From Trichormus sp. ATA11-4-KO1 (GTDB lineage Bacteria; Cyanobacteriota; Cyanobacteriia; Cyanobacteriales; Nostocaceae): a stretch of DNA of 64,000 nt. Location: NCBI GenBank assembly GCA_019358915.1, contig JAHHIM010000016.1:26007-90006 (forward strand), read 5' to 3'. The notes beneath the pieces were generated by a model that worked only from the letters and a program-made list of their open reading frames with translations, made no database searches and was not told the DNA's origin. Positions within the stretch are counted from its first letter, which is position 1; every line of letters begins with the position of its first letter. Of the stretch, positions 63,665 to 64,000 are shown piece by piece. The position numbers and the translations under genes are program-made.

Positions 63665-64000
63665 ATGCAGGTAGTCTACAATCGTTGTGCAGGACTAGAT
63701 GTACACAAAAAGACGGTGGTAGCTTGTGTAATTACCCCAAAGTCTTCGTCCGGATGGCACAAGGAAATACGCACATTCACTACAATGACTCAGGACTTGT
63801 TAAAACTTTCTGACTGGTTAACAAGTCACAATTGTACTCATGTAGCAATGGAGAGTACTGGAGAGTACTGGCGACCTGTATTTAATATCCTAGAAGGAAA
63901 CTTTGAAGTTATGTTAGTTAATGCCCGTCAGATAAAAGCGGTGCCAGGACGCAAAACAGACATCAAAGATTCGCAGTGGATTGCCGAACTACTACAACAT
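63665..64000 (+). CDS. IS110-family transposase/recombinase, N-terminal DEDD domain (runs off window; absent from ORF track)
   Basis: MQVVYNRCAGLDVHKKTVVAC...VAMESTGEYW...PGRKTDIKDSQWIA. Confidence 0.93.
   Translation, partial: MQVVYNRCAGLDVHKKTVVACVITPKSSSGWHKEIRTFTTMTQDLLKLSDWLTSHNCTHVAMESTGEYWRPVFNILEGNFEVMLVNARQIKAVPGRKTDIKDSQWIAELLQH

Larger units (their letters stand above)
1..64000. repeat. HIP1 octamer GCGATCGC dispersed through the window
   Basis: Many occurrences, e.g. near 3843, 4882, 8196, 9797, 11062; exact count not made. Confidence 0.9.

Noticed and set aside
1..64000. tRNA, rRNA, CRISPR array or cas genes
   Set aside because: No cloverleaf, rRNA-like tract or regularly spaced repeat-spacer pattern found by eye; tRNAscan-SE, Infernal and a CRISPR finder would be needed to exclude them fully

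Overview
Chromosomal window from a filamentous cyanobacterium, very probably Nostocales, judged from the dense HIP1 octamers (GCGATCGC), STRR-type heptamer tandem repeats and gene content. 1-33.8 kb is mostly housekeeping: yidC 3' end, jag, yceD, a SigF/SigJ-type sigma factor, pdxJ, ycf54, crtE, folD, a class A PBP, tyrS, pyrF, the 2-oxoglutarate decarboxylase/succinic-semialdehyde dehydrogenase pair, aroB, cimA, a thiO-thiG fusion and psb34. 34-42 kb holds an OmpR-type two-component system followed by an internally deleted mgtE, an outer-membrane beta-barrel, a periplasmic OB-fold protein, an APC permease and a lipoprotein SAM methyltransferase. Two promoters there share an 11-bp-periodic GTCA direct repeat, and this putative envelope regulon is my best candidate for an undescribed system. 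42-47.6 kb carries an SDR oxidoreductase, an alkaline/neutral invertase, a PEP-CTERM metallophosphatase and a broken TA pair. 47.7-61.9 kb is a Wzy-dependent polysaccharide locus with PglF/PglE/PglC-like genes, two Fem/GNAT-fold proteins and no PglD-type acetyltransferase. The end holds a decayed IS66 and the 5' part of an IS110 transposase, preceded by a structured non-coding leader that may be a bridge RNA. MITEs with target-site duplications and 21-44 nt dispersed repeats occur throughout, some in frame inside genes. No tRNA, rRNA or CRISPR array was seen. Product calls come from motif recognition by eye; no database search was run.
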